Shown piece by piece: positions 50,935 to 61,119 of a stretch of DNA of 64,000 nt. Under the pieces are notes generated by a model. The model did not search any database. It was not told where the DNA came from and saw only the letters and a list, made by a program, of their open reading frames with translations. A program made the position numbers and the translations under genes. Source of the stretch: an uncultured Latescibacterota bacterium (GTDB taxonomy: Bacteria > Latescibacterota > UBA2968); contig OX638329.1 of the NCBI GenBank assembly GCA_951812755.1, forward strand, positions 5,355,563 through 5,419,562, given 5' to 3'. Position 1 is the stretch's first letter. Each line of letters starts with the position of its first letter.

Positions 50935-53196
50935 TCAAAACTGATATTCTCGCTTAGTCTTTTTCGGTTGACTGGGCGTCGGCAAAGACTGTGTATTCGA
51001 AGTATGTATATGACACGGACGTTTGGGTTCAGTACCCGGCTTAAACACCTCGGTATAGCGCTTAGAACAATAAATAGACGCCACCTCATAAGTCTCCCCA
51101 CAAACCTCCACCTTTGGAATATCCTCCGGCAACACAAAATTTTCAACCGGCAGCCTCAGCATGGCATGGGCACGCTGCATAAACTCCGCCCAAATCGGCA
51201 ACGCCACAGCCGCGCCCGACATTCGGCTGCCCATCGACACCTTGGAATCAAACCCCACCCAAACCCCACACACAATCTGCGGCGTAAACCCGATAAACCA
51301 CGCATCGGCATACTCCTGCGTCGTACCCGTCTTCCCCGCGGCGGGACGACGAAAACCAAAAGCCGTGCGCGCAATCCGCCCCGTACCAGTCAAAACCGCG
51401 TAATTTTCACCCGCCCGCATATCCAGAATCGACTGCATCAGATTCACCGTCACAGCCGCAGTCTCCTCACTCAGCACAACTTCTTCTCGCCCCTGCACAT
51501 TCTCCTCGAGCACATTGCCATTCTTATCCTCAATCTTCAAAATCGACATCGGCGTCACCCGAATACCCTTATTCGCCAGCGTCCCATAAGCCGACACCAA
51601 CTCCAACAACTTGACCTCACTCGTACCCATCCCCAAAGACAAAACCGGTTGAACCTGTGAATCAATACCCATCCTCATAGCGTATTGCACCACCGTCTTC
51701 GGACCCACCGCTTGCAACACCTGAGTCGTCACCACATTGCGAGAACCGGCAAGCCCCTCGCGCATCGTCATCCACCCCAAAAATTTTCGGTCGTAATTCT
51801 CCGGCTGCCAATACGTCCCGTCGAACATCTTGACCGACACAGCCGTATCGGGCAACCGCCAGGTGGCCGTATGGCCCTTATCAACCGCAGCCGTATAAAT
51901 AAAAGGCTTAAAAGCAGACCCCGGCTGACGCAACGCCTGCGTTGCGCGATTGAACTTGCTCTCTTCAAAATTGCGCCCGCCCACCATCGCCAAAACATGT
52001 CCCGTATGCGGATCCAGCGCCACCAGCGCCCCCTGCAACACCAGATTGGCCAGCGTATCCTGATGCGTCTTAATCTTCGCAAAAAATGCCGCACCCGGAG
52101 GATCGCGCTTCCAATTGGCAGCCACGCGATCTTTCAGTCCCATCAATTTTTTCGACACCACATTTTCTGCAATCTCCTGTAACCGACTATCCAGCGTCGT
52201 GGTTACAGTCGCACCATCGTAAAGCACACTCAGCCCATAGGTATATTCCAAATACTTGCGAATATCCTCTGTAAAATAGGGCGCTTCTCCCGCCTCCTCG
52301 CGATTCTCCTTCAAAACAATTGGACGCTGGGCAATCGAATCGTATTCCGCCGATGTAATCTTGCCCGACCCCCGCAAATTGTACAACACCACATTATTGC
52401 GCCTATCCAGCGACCGCTCGGGATGATAAATCGGCGAATAGGGCGTCGGACCTTTCAAAAGCCCGACCAACAACGCACCCTCATCCAGCGTCAAACTTTC
52501 GACATCCTTCCCAAAAAAACGACGCGCAGCAGTCTGAATACCGTAAGCACTATTGCCAAAATACATCTGATTGAAATACATCGTAATAATTTCGCGCTTG
52601 GTATAAGTACGCTCCAAAAGCACGGCAGTCAATTGCTCCTGAATTTTGCGTGTCCACGTTGGATCCAGCGTCAAAAAAATATTGCGCGCCAGTTGTTGCG
52701 TCAGCGTACTGGCACCGTGTCCTTTTAAAGTACCCGACGTATAAACATTGCGGAACACCACGCGGATAATATCTGGAACACTCACCCCCCAGTGCCCCCA
52801 AAAACGCTGGTCTTCGGTCACGACCAGAGCGTCAATCACAGCACGCGGCAACTGCTCAAACGCAATGGGATCGCGCCTCTGCACCCAGAACTTCTTCAAC
52901 TCCACCCCATCTCGAGAAAAAATATTAGTCGTCTGCGCGGGATCCACATCCTCTAACTTATCAAAAGACGGCAAGCCATCTTTGTACCCATAAATCACCG
53001 CAACAGCAATGGTCAAATACCCCACCGCACAAATCACACAATAGATCGCCATACGGAAGAGATGGGGCCTTATCCCATAGATATACGGCTTTATCTGATC
53101 GATATATGGTTTTATGCGATCAATATATGGTTTTATCTTATCCATTTTGACCATCCTATTATTCTGCTCAGGATTTACACGACTTGAAGATATCAC
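50935..53196 (-). CDS. Class A penicillin-binding protein (PBP1A family)
   Basis: EDQRF, GASTLTQQLA, SAFK, SRN, KTGT; true start probably 53154 or 53145. Confidence 0.93.
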   Translation of the reverse strand: MISSSRVNPEQNNRMVKMDKIKPYIDRIKPYIDQIKPYIYGIRPHLFRMAIYCVICAVGYLTIAVAVIYGYKDGLPSFDKLEDVDPAQTTNIFSRDGVELKKFWVQRRDPIAFEQLPRAVIDALVVTEDQRFWGHWGVSVPDIIRVVFRNVYTSGTLKGHGASTLTQQLARNIFLTLDPTWTRKIQEQLTAVLLERTYTKREIITMYFNQMYFGNSAYGIQTAARRFFGKDVESLTLDEGALLVGLLKGPTPYSPIYHPERSLDRRNNVVLYNLRGSGKITSAEYDSIAQRPIVLKENREEAGEAPYFTEDIRKYLEYTYGLSVLYDGATVTTTLDSRLQEIAENVVSKKLMGLKDRVAANWKRDPPGAAFFAKIKTHQDTLANLVLQGALVALDPHTGHVLAMVGGRNFEESKFNRATQALRQPGSAFKPFIYTAAVDKGHTATWRLPDTAVSVKMFDGTYWQPENYDRKFLGWMTMREGLAGSRNVVTTQVLQAVGPKTVVQYAMRMGIDSQVQPVLSLGMGTSEVKLLELVSAYGTLANKGIRVTPMSILKIEDKNGNVLEENVQGREEVVLSEETAAVTVNLMQSILDMRAGENYAVLTGTGRIARTAFGFRRPAAGKTGTTQEYADAWFIGFTPQIVCGVWVGFDSKVSMGSRMSGAAVALPIWAEFMQRAHAMLRLPVENFVLPEDIPKVEVCGETYEVASIYCSKRYTEVFKPGTEPKRPCHIHTSNTQSLPTPSQPKKTKREYQF

Positions 53197-53271
53197 AGGA
53201 ATCCTCTCACCACTCCGAATCGGTGGAAGGAAGGGGCATCCTGATCATCCTTGCATCCTGTTAATCCTGAT

Positions 53272-54879
53272 CTAATCCGGGTAAAGCCACGGCACGCGGC
53301 TGATGAGATAATCGCGTTGTTCCTGCATCATCACCTCAATCACAGTAGGACCTTCCAAACCCAGCGTATCGGCAAAAACAGCTTCAAAACGATCGGGATC
53401 ATCCACGCGGATACCCCGCGCCCCCAAAGACCGCGCGAGATCCGCAAGACGAGGCGTCTTCATATCAGTATCGATCACCCGACCATCAAAAGCCTTCACC
53501 TGAGAACCGCGAATCGCCGAAAGACTACCATCATTGGAAACAACCGAAACCGTCCCAACACCGTGTTCCGCCGCAGTAGCCAGTTCACTCGCCGTCATCT
53601 GAAACCCGCCATCGCCACAAAACGCGACAACCTGCTGATCCGGACAGGCGAGCTTCGCGCCAATAGCAGCGGGAACCGCAAATCCCAGCGTAACCGAATG
53701 ACTGGGATAGAGAAACGTGCGCGGAATAGTAATCGGATACTCGTCAAACGCGCGATACCCAATAGACGTAACATCCACCACAATAATCGTATCTTCGGGA
53801 AGCGAATTGCGCGTAACGCCCATAATCGGCACTGGCTCGCGATTAGACGTGGCTTCAACCCGCGTGCGATCAATAAAATCGCCCCAATCAGCCGTATAAC
53901 CAGCCGCTACCCCTGCGAGTTGGGGAATCGATTGCGCCAGATCGCCCGCAACACCCGCCTCAATCGGATACTCGCGCCCAAGCTCCCGCGGATCGGGGTC
54001 GAGCTGAACCTGGCGATCCGGCAAAGGCAGCGACCAACCCCGCGTATCAATCTGCGTAAAGCGACAACCAATACCGAGCAGCAAATCGGCACTACCGAGA
54101 ATCGTCTTACCCGCCTGCGCCGAACAATGCCCCACAGTCAGGGGATGCCCATCTGGCATAACCCCCTTTCCCAAACGGGAATAAACAACCGGAATATTGA
54201 GACCCTCTGCGAGAGAACAAAGCGCATCGGTCGCATTGGCGTGAATAACCGCGCTACCCGCCAGAATAACCGGACGCACAGCCGCGCGAAGCACCGCGGC
54301 CACGCGGTCAATATCCGCGCTATCGGGACAAAGGCGATCCCCCTCAACCACAGGTGGAATATCCGCCATACCCTCCTCCGCGGCAACATCAGTCGGCAAT
54401 TCAATAACCGCAGGACCGGGACGCGGGGCGCGCAATGCTTTGAACGCACCGATAACAGCATCGGGAATTTCATCAACAGATTTGGGACGCGCAAAAAAGT
54501 GCGTAATAGACTTAAAAAAAGTCTCCTGATCCAAACCGTGAAAACACTTGGCGCGATCCCGCCCATCAAAAGCCACCTCTGTCCCCCCGGTAATCAACAG
54601 CACGGGAACGCAATCTGTATGGGCATCCACCAGACCCGTAGAGGCATTTGTCGAACCGGGACCCGGAACAGTAAGCGCGACCCCAACGCGCCCAGACGCA
54701 CGCGCATACCCGTTCGCAATCAGAGTCGCCCCCTGTTCGTGGCGGATAAGCAGATGGCGAATGCCACCGGCGCGCAGCACCGCATCGTACAGATGAATAT
54801 TCTGATTGCCGGGCATACCAGTAAGCGTATCAACACCCTGCGCTTTCAGGCTTTGGATAAGTATATCAGCACCGGTCAT
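53272..54879 (-). CDS. Thiamine pyrophosphate-binding enzyme (acetolactate synthase-like)
   Basis: RHEQGA, GPGSTN, GDGGF...ND. Confidence 0.9.
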   Translation of the reverse strand: MTGADILIQSLKAQGVDTLTGMPGNQNIHLYDAVLRAGGIRHLLIRHEQGATLIANGYARASGRVGVALTVPGPGSTNASTGLVDAHTDCVPVLLITGGTEVAFDGRDRAKCFHGLDQETFFKSITHFFARPKSVDEIPDAVIGAFKALRAPRPGPAVIELPTDVAAEEGMADIPPVVEGDRLCPDSADIDRVAAVLRAAVRPVILAGSAVIHANATDALCSLAEGLNIPVVYSRLGKGVMPDGHPLTVGHCSAQAGKTILGSADLLLGIGCRFTQIDTRGWSLPLPDRQVQLDPDPRELGREYPIEAGVAGDLAQSIPQLAGVAAGYTADWGDFIDRTRVEATSNREPVPIMGVTRNSLPEDTIIVVDVTSIGYRAFDEYPITIPRTFLYPSHSVTLGFAVPAAIGAKLACPDQQVVAFCGDGGFQMTASELATAAEHGVGTVSVVSNDGSLSAIRGSQVKAFDGRVIDTDMKTPRLADLARSLGARGIRVDDPDRFEAVFADTLGLEGPTVIEVMMQEQRDYLISRVPWLYPD

Positions 54880-54950
54880 AAAAAGTTCCTTATTAGTTGT
54901 CAGTTGTCAGTCCCACACAACAACCACCCAGTCCCTCTTTTTTTCATGCA

Positions 54951-54980
54951 TTCATCTGCGTTCATCTGCGTTCATCTGCG
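54951..54980. repeat. (TTCATCTGCG)x3
   Basis: Perfect 10-mer tandem containing the glycosyltransferase stop codon. Confidence 0.8.
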
Positions 54981-56077
54981 GATTGCTTTGCCTTTCCCAC
55001 AAAAAGATCGAAATATTCTGCAGCAGTCTTATCCCACGTAAATTCAGAACGCACATAATCGCGGGCTTCGCGCTCTATTTGCTCGCGCTCTGTTGCGGAC
55101 AACTCAAAAAATGCGTGAATCTGATCGACAAACGCCTGGTAATCATTGGGCGGGATCAAATAACCGCCCTTACTAACACTCTCTGTAAGCGCATCCACAG
55201 CAAAAGCAACAACGGGCGTAGCATCGTACATACATTCGAGAGGAGCGATACCAAATCCCTCCACATCGTTGGGATAGGGCACATTGGGCATGATAAAAAG
55301 ATCGGCTTCTCCTCTGATAAAACCCAATTCTTCATCGCTTAGATAAAGTAACAACACCCGATCTCGAAGACTGTTTTCTTCCCAAATCTCGCGAATGCGC
55401 TCGGCATCTGGCCCAGAACCGCTAACGATCAGTTTGATATCTCGATCGAGCAACGGCACGCCGCATTCCAAAAATTTGGACACGCCTTTTCGGGGCACTT
55501 GCCTGCCGAAATTTAGAAGAATTTTGTCCCGCCCAAATTGAATACCGTGTTTGGCCTCAAATTGCGCCTTGAGTGTCTCGCGCCGTCCTTCGGGATTACT
55601 CGGCGGATCAATCCCATTATAGACAATATCAATCTTTTCAGCAGGCACTCCCCCCTGAATAGTAATCGCTCTGGTAATTTGACTAACGACAGCCACCCTG
55701 TCACAAAACGAAACCCCAAAGCGCATCATGCGGCTAAATATCGGATTGGAATACGTCATTTCCAAACCGTGAATCGTCACCACAAAACGCATGCGCGTAA
55801 ACAGCCTCAGAAATGGCGCAATAGAACAAATCACACCATCGCTAAAATAAATTGCATCCACCCGCCTGAAAATAATAGAAAAAAAAGAAATAAAAAACGC
55901 ATAAGGCACAAACCAGATAAGATGCAAAAGCGAGTCTCTACCCAATGCGACCAGTCTTACCGAGCACATCTCAACCAGGCGATCATAGAGATTATAACAA
56001 AACGTCTCCACACCACCTATGCTGGGCGGGTAGCGACGCGCGAGAAAAAGGATGCGGGTGCTGTTTTTAGAAGACAT
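54962..56077 (-). CDS. Glycosyltransferase family 4
   Basis: YPPSIGG, VYNGID, GRQVPRKG, EGFGIAPLE. Confidence 0.92.
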   Translation of the reverse strand: MSSKNSTRILFLARRYPPSIGGVETFCYNLYDRLVEMCSVRLVALGRDSLLHLIWFVPYAFFISFFSIIFRRVDAIYFSDGVICSIAPFLRLFTRMRFVVTIHGLEMTYSNPIFSRMMRFGVSFCDRVAVVSQITRAITIQGGVPAEKIDIVYNGIDPPSNPEGRRETLKAQFEAKHGIQFGRDKILLNFGRQVPRKGVSKFLECGVPLLDRDIKLIVSGSGPDAERIREIWEENSLRDRVLLLYLSDEELGFIRGEADLFIMPNVPYPNDVEGFGIAPLECMYDATPVVAFAVDALTESVSKGGYLIPPNDYQAFVDQIHAFFELSATEREQIEREARDYVRSEFTWDKTAAEYFDLFVGKAKQSADERR

Positions 56078-56079
56078 AG

Positions 56080-57135
56080 CTATGCAATATCCGCCTGCTC
56101 ACTGCGCTGAATCAATTCTCGTTCCGCTCGCTTTCGGTCCGCTGCGTTTTCAAGCGGAATAACAGTCGCGCCGGGACAGGGCTTGGGATATAAAATGCGA
56201 CTGGCGCCAGCCTGCTTCATAGCCTCGACAACCGGTTTTGTGTCACACGCAAGCGCGATAATCGTGCCGCCACCCCCTGCGCCGGCGAGCTTTGCGCCCA
56301 GTGCGCCGCCGTCTAATGCAGCCTGAATCAGCCGTTCATTTTCCGGTCCCGATCCGCCCAGATCGCGCTGGATCTCGTGATTCTCAATCATCAGCGCGCC
56401 CAAATGCGCCCAATCTTTGGCGAGAATCGCGCGTTTGCCCATACGCGCCAGATGGGCAACCCGCAAATAACAACGCCTGACCTCTCTATCGCCCTCTAAC
56501 CACCGCTCTCGAATCGGCAGATGGACTGTACCCGACGAGCGCTGGACACCCGTATGCCCCAACACAAAGGGATAATCCCCGACATATTCGTGGAGCGGTT
56601 CAACAGTAGCATAAGGTTCATCGCCAAACGCGCGATAAAATTGTTTGCCATTGAAATCCATATAATTCAAGCCGCCAAACATGCACATATACGCATCTTG
56701 ATACCCGCACAAAGCCATATAGTTCAACTCAATATGCCGCGCCATCTCAGCGCAAAAAAAAGGATGCTCATCGCGTCCCAGAAATGCAAAAATCGCGTTG
56801 AGAATAGACACGCTCATAGCAGATGAACTGGAAAGCCCGGCGGAAAAAGGCACATTGCACGCCCAGCGCAGAGAAAACTTCGCACTGCCGAGATCCAGAA
56901 AATGGACAATAGCCTTAGCCACATCAAAATAGCCGCCATCCGGATACAGATCTTCGGGGCGATGCACTTCAAAGCGCTGCCCGGCAACTTCAAAACTGAG
57001 CACATCGGAAGGCTCAATCAGAACCGCGGCGCGTTCTTGTGTCGAACACGAAATAACGCTGCCACCGTACATATCGGTGGGATTTCCAATAATGCCACAG
57101 CGCCCTGGGGCAGTGGAAAAAAACGCATGGGTCAT
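56080..57135 (-). CDS. GHMP sugar kinase (glucuronokinase/heptose kinase-like)
   Basis: APGR, GNPTD, PFSAGLSSSSA, KLAGAGGGG. Confidence 0.88.
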   Translation of the reverse strand: MTHAFFSTAPGRCGIIGNPTDMYGGSVISCSTQERAAVLIEPSDVLSFEVAGQRFEVHRPEDLYPDGGYFDVAKAIVHFLDLGSAKFSLRWACNVPFSAGLSSSSAMSVSILNAIFAFLGRDEHPFFCAEMARHIELNYMALCGYQDAYMCMFGGLNYMDFNGKQFYRAFGDEPYATVEPLHEYVGDYPFVLGHTGVQRSSGTVHLPIRERWLEGDREVRRCYLRVAHLARMGKRAILAKDWAHLGALMIENHEIQRDLGGSGPENERLIQAALDGGALGAKLAGAGGGGTIIALACDTKPVVEAMKQAGASRILYPKPCPGATVIPLENAADRKRAERELIQRSEQADIA

Positions 57136-58055
57136 TAGAATTGTCTCAGGCGCTTTTGCAGGTACTGCCGGAGAAGGTACCCATAGCGCTGATCAAAGAG
57201 GGTAAAATCAATGAAGGATTTGAAATACGACTCAAAATCGCCGATATCGTAGCGCAATTCTTCGGGATACAACTTGATACAACGAACAGAGTGTCCCATT
57301 TTGATAAGCGTCGAAATCGCATCTGTAAGCTCGAGCTTGCCCCTGTAACTGGGAGATGTGCGCTTGAGAGCAGTAAAAATTTCGGGATTAAAAATATAAC
57401 GCGCAGCCACACCGAGATTGCTCGGTGCATTTTCCGGTGCGGGCTTTTCCACAATATGCGCGATCTCAAAATCGTCTTCAGACTCACCATTCACAGGCTC
57501 GACAATACCATACTGGTTTTCTTCGCCCTGGAGCACTTCAACAACCGCAATAGTACAACTGGACCCATTTTCGCGGTGCGATTTGATCATCCGCCGCACG
57601 AGACCCGCATGATTGCCCGACTTTATAATCGTATCGCCAAACGCGACCACAAAGGGCTCGCCAGCAACAAAGTCCTCAGCCCTGCTAATAGCATCTCCTA
57701 TGCCCGCGGGCGTAATATGACCGGAAGGGATAATTTGTCGCGTATAGAAAAATTTGACCCCTTCTCTTTCATAATCGAGTTCATCGAGTGTGTGATCGCT
57801 CTCCGAGAGATAATTCTGCAATTCCGGATCCCGATCAAAATGATCTTCTATCGTGCGCTTATCCTTTCCCGTCACAAAGAGTATCTTCTTTAACCCTTGC
57901 TCAATCATCTCTTCAACCACATACTGAACCACGGGTTTTCGTCCCACTGGCAACATCTCTTTGGGTTGAGATTTGGTCGCAGGCAACAGACTCGTCCCCA
58001 AACCGGCAACCGGAATAACGACTTTTTCAATCTCCATAGCGCGATGCTCCTCCAA
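57135..58055 (-). CDS. galU: UTP-sugar-1-phosphate uridylyltransferase (GalU-like)
   Basis: VIPVAGLGT..LPATKSQPKEMLP, VEKP, ELTDA; start may be 58037. Confidence 0.8.
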   Translation of the reverse strand: MEEHRAMEIEKVVIPVAGLGTSLLPATKSQPKEMLPVGRKPVVQYVVEEMIEQGLKKILFVTGKDKRTIEDHFDRDPELQNYLSESDHTLDELDYEREGVKFFYTRQIIPSGHITPAGIGDAISRAEDFVAGEPFVVAFGDTIIKSGNHAGLVRRMIKSHRENGSSCTIAVVEVLQGEENQYGIVEPVNGESEDDFEIAHIVEKPAPENAPSNLGVAARYIFNPEIFTALKRTSPSYRGKLELTDAISTLIKMGHSVRCIKLYPEELRYDIGDFESYFKSFIDFTLFDQRYGYLLRQYLQKRLRQF

Positions 58056-58066
58056 ATGCCAAACGC

Positions 58067-58095
58067 TTGACAGAGTGCAAATTGTCCCTTAGAAT
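58067..58095 (+). promoter_or_regulatory. Sigma70-type promoter TTGACA-17-TAGAAT
   Basis: Near consensus with optimal spacing. Confidence 0.55.
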
Positions 58096-58153
58096 ATCAG
58101 TCAAAATAACGGTAGAGCCTTGTAGAACGCAAGGTAAAAGCAGAGAACTTATC

Positions 58154-59086
58154 ATGTTAAACAAACAAATAACAGATCCTCGCGCGTGGACTGCCGAGAC
58201 AATTGATGCGTCTTCTGAATGGTATTACACCTTATCCGAACGCTATTTATCTGCATTGGATAGCGAAGTGCGGAAAGCGGGCGCAATATCTGATCTCCGC
58301 GTTTCCAATACCATCGCTTGTGCGCCGTGTCTCCGGCCCGTCTCAGAGGCATTACAAACCGGACGCGGATTTGCCATCATTGAGCATTTACCCATAGAAT
58401 ATTACACACTGGACGAAGCACGCGCCGTATATTGGATGATCGGACAGTGTTTGGGCGTGCCCTTTGAACAAAATATCGAAGGCACACTACTCTACGACGT
58501 GCGAGACACCGGACGAGATGTAAAATCGGGCGCGCGTTTTTCTGTAACCAACGCAGAAAGTTCGTTTCACACAGATGGTGCGTTTGGAACGCAAGTACCC
58601 GAAATAGTAGGCTTGCTATGTATCAAAACCGCGCGGTCGGGTGGGCGCAGCCAACTGATCAGTGCCTGTGCAGTACACAATATATTACACCGACAAGCCC
58701 CTGATGTTCTAAACACACTTTACTCATCTTTCTATTTTGACCGACGCGGACAATATCTCCCGGGCGAAGCACCAATAACAAAAACGCCCATTTTTTCCTG
58801 GGATAAACAAACACTAATGATGCGCTACCTGCATTATTATATCCAGGTGGGACATCGAGAAGCAGATGTACCACTCACGTCAGAACAAGAGCGCGCACTA
58901 CAAGCCGTTGGAGACATATTAAAGCGTCCCGAAATACGTGTGGAATTTAATCTCACCCCAGGACAAATGCTATTTACCAACAACAAATGGATCCTGCACA
59001 ATCGAACGGCATTTGAAGACCATCCAGACCCAGACCAAAGACGACACTATGTGCGACTATGGCTAAAAAACAACACAAGGAGATAA
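58154..59086 (+). CDS. TauD/clavaminate synthase-like dioxygenase
   Basis: FHTD, GGRS, LHNRT, RHYVRLW. Confidence 0.88.
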   Translation: MLNKQITDPRAWTAETIDASSEWYYTLSERYLSALDSEVRKAGAISDLRVSNTIACAPCLRPVSEALQTGRGFAIIEHLPIEYYTLDEARAVYWMIGQCLGVPFEQNIEGTLLYDVRDTGRDVKSGARFSVTNAESSFHTDGAFGTQVPEIVGLLCIKTARSGGRSQLISACAVHNILHRQAPDVLNTLYSSFYFDRRGQYLPGEAPITKTPIFSWDKQTLMMRYLHYYIQVGHREADVPLTSEQERALQAVGDILKRPEIRVEFNLTPGQMLFTNNKWILHNRTAFEDHPDPDQRRHYVRLWLKNNTRR

Positions 59087-59088
59087 TA

Positions 59089-59973
59089 ATGTCAACCTTC
59101 ACAGTTGGCCTACTCAGCCCCGGAGACATGGGACATGTCGTCGGACAAGTGGCAATCGCCTCTGGCGCTCGGGTAATAACCTGCTTGAATGGCCGCAGTG
59201 AGCGCACGCGCAAGCTCGCAGAAATAGCGGGTATCGAAGACGTACCCACATATTCCGATCTCGTGCGCGAAGCCTCACTCGTAATATGCATTCTCGTACC
59301 CGCAGCAGCAGAATCGGTAGCCACTCGCGTGGCTGACGCCCTGAAAGAGACAGATGAACAAATTGTATATACCGACTGCAATGCAATAGCCCCGACAACA
59401 ACTGTGCACATAGGAAAAATAATCGAAACCGCGGGCAGTGTATTTGTCGATGCGGGTATTATCGGCGGACCGCCGCGCCAACCTGGGGGTACGCGGTTTT
59501 ACTGTTCGGGCCCAGACACATCGGGCTTTGAAAAATTGAACAATTACGGGCTGGACGTGCGAAAAGTCGGCGATGAGATCGGACAGGCATCGGGATTAAA
59601 AATGTGCTATGCCGCACAGACCAAAGGAACGACCGCGCTACAAACGGAACTGCTCATCGCCGCGCGGCGCATGGGCCTGTACGAAGGATTGATCGCGGAG
59701 TGGGAAATGAGTCAGAAAGACCGGTTGGCGGGTATGGAGCGGGGCTTGCCGGGAATGCCGACCAAAGCAAAGCGGTGGATAGGTGAAATGGAAGAAATTG
59801 CCAAAACCTTTGGCGATTTGGGACTCACGCCAAAAATATACGAAGGCGCCGCAGACATGTACCGACTCGTCAGCGAAACACCACTGGCAGACGAAGCACC
59901 TGAAACCCGAGACAAGAGCCGATCACTCGCGCAGGTCATCGATATATTTGCCGAGCAATCTAAAAGTAAATAG
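59089..59973 (+). CDS. NAD(P)-dependent oxidoreductase, 6PGD-like/DUF1932
   Basis: SPGDMG, DAGIIGGPP, LKMCYA, RWIGEMEEIA. Confidence 0.88.
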   Translation: MSTFTVGLLSPGDMGHVVGQVAIASGARVITCLNGRSERTRKLAEIAGIEDVPTYSDLVREASLVICILVPAAAESVATRVADALKETDEQIVYTDCNAIAPTTTVHIGKIIETAGSVFVDAGIIGGPPRQPGGTRFYCSGPDTSGFEKLNNYGLDVRKVGDEIGQASGLKMCYAAQTKGTTALQTELLIAARRMGLYEGLIAEWEMSQKDRLAGMERGLPGMPTKAKRWIGEMEEIAKTFGDLGLTPKIYEGAADMYRLVSETPLADEAPETRDKSRSLAQVIDIFAEQSKSK

Positions 59974-59987
59974 ATTACAAGTTATTG

Positions 59988-60212
59988 ACTGATGTTACGC
60001 ATGTCTGGGGTTTTGTCATGCTGAGCGGAGTGAAACGGAGCCGAAGCATCTGTTCCACCTGTGTTGGTAGGAGATGAACTGGCCTGAGGATGGTGTACAA
60101 CGAGCCGCTTTTCAGGCTCGTTCACCGGCCAGTTGTACCCCGCTCCTTCGACTCCGCTGCGCTTCGCTCAGAATGACAGGCGCATTGTATTGTACCTATG
60201 CGTAACGTCAGT
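59988..60212. mobile_element. MITE family B, copy 2 (225 bp, inverted)
   Basis: Same TIRs; TATTG duplicated at 59983-59987 and 60213-60217. Confidence 0.85.
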
Positions 60213-60219
60213 TATTGAT

Positions 60220-60474
60220 ATGGCGTATGAGATGACAGAACATGCGCGTGATAGTTTGCGTAAGCGTCCCAATATTCGTACAGAGTGGATTGAAAGCGTA
60301 CTTGACCATCCCGAGCGCGTGGACCCCGATAAACATGACCCAGAATTAGAACACCGATTAGGGCGAATTCGGGAATATGATGGCCGAGTATTGCGTGTGA
60401 TCGTAAAAAAAGATACATTTCCGTTAAAAATCATCACATGCTATTTTGATCGCAATATGCGGAGGCAATTATGA
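60220..60474 (+). CDS. DUF4258 family (RelE-like putative toxin)
   Basis: TEHA..R.I..EWI...P, GRVLRVIV, IITCYFDR. Confidence 0.75.
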   Translation: MAYEMTEHARDSLRKRPNIRTEWIESVLDHPERVDPDKHDPELEHRLGRIREYDGRVLRVIVKKDTFPLKIITCYFDRNMRRQL

Positions 60475-60689
60475 AATTAAAAATAGATGAAGAAGCTGAT
60501 GCTCTTCACCTTCAACTGGTAAATATTCCTGTTGAGGAGTCAGAGGAAGTTGCGCCTGGTGTCATCATCGACTACGATGCATCTGAACAGGTCGTCGGTC
60601 TTGAAATTTTGTATCTCTCCAAAAGAGAACAACCGATCAATCTTATGGATTTTCAATTTGAGACACGACCCAAAAAGTTAGCACGTTAA
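60471..60689 (+). CDS. DUF2283 family (putative antitoxin)
   Basis: DEEADAL, ESEEVAPGVIIDYD, VGLEIL; ATGA overlap. Confidence 0.85.
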   Translation: MKLKIDEEADALHLQLVNIPVEESEEVAPGVIIDYDASEQVVGLEILYLSKREQPINLMDFQFETRPKKLAR

Positions 60690-60895
60690 GGTATAACAGG
60701 CAGTTCATCACCATGACGCGACGCAGAAAGAATCCAGTCTTGAAGTGCTGCCGCAAGTTCCTGACGGCATTCTTCAAGTGTCTGTCCAAAAGCAATCGTA
60801 CCTGGACATTTGGGAATTTCGCCAGAGAATGAGCTATCATCCAACTCTTCATAGATGGCGTATGTTAATGCCGCATTGATGTAGTCTTGAACCAT
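60686..60895 (-). CDS. HicB-like antitoxin (orphan, 69 aa)
   Basis: YEELDD..GEIP..PG..AFGQTLEECRQEL..W....G..LP. Confidence 0.8.
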   Translation of the reverse strand: MVQDYINAALTYAIYEELDDSSFSGEIPKCPGTIAFGQTLEECRQELAAALQDWILSASRHGDELPVIP

Positions 60896-61045
60896 CCTCA
60901 TCTCCTTTGAAGTGTCTGGTAAGTTTACGCGATTTGTGAAGCGATAGCAAGACAAATGCATAATAATTGTGAACACAAAAAAAATTCCCTCTCCTATTAA
61001 ATGGAAAAGGGGTTTATTTTTTATAAAGATATGCCCAATGTCAAA

Positions 61046-61074
61046 TTGACTTTTCGATGGTGACAAGCTATATT
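61046..61074 (+). promoter_or_regulatory. Sigma70-type promoter TTGACT-17-TATATT
   Basis: Near consensus upstream of the dehydrogenase. Confidence 0.5.
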
Positions 61075-61119
61075 ACGCGGTCATAATAAGTACGTGAAAC
61101 TTTAGACCGGGGAGACCAA

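Noticed and set aside
53251-55041. 596-aa plus-strand ORF (also 49964-50908 and 50905-51660)
   Set aside because: Antisense shadows of well-supported minus-strand genes; R/H/N-rich with no motifs, caused by biased codon usage
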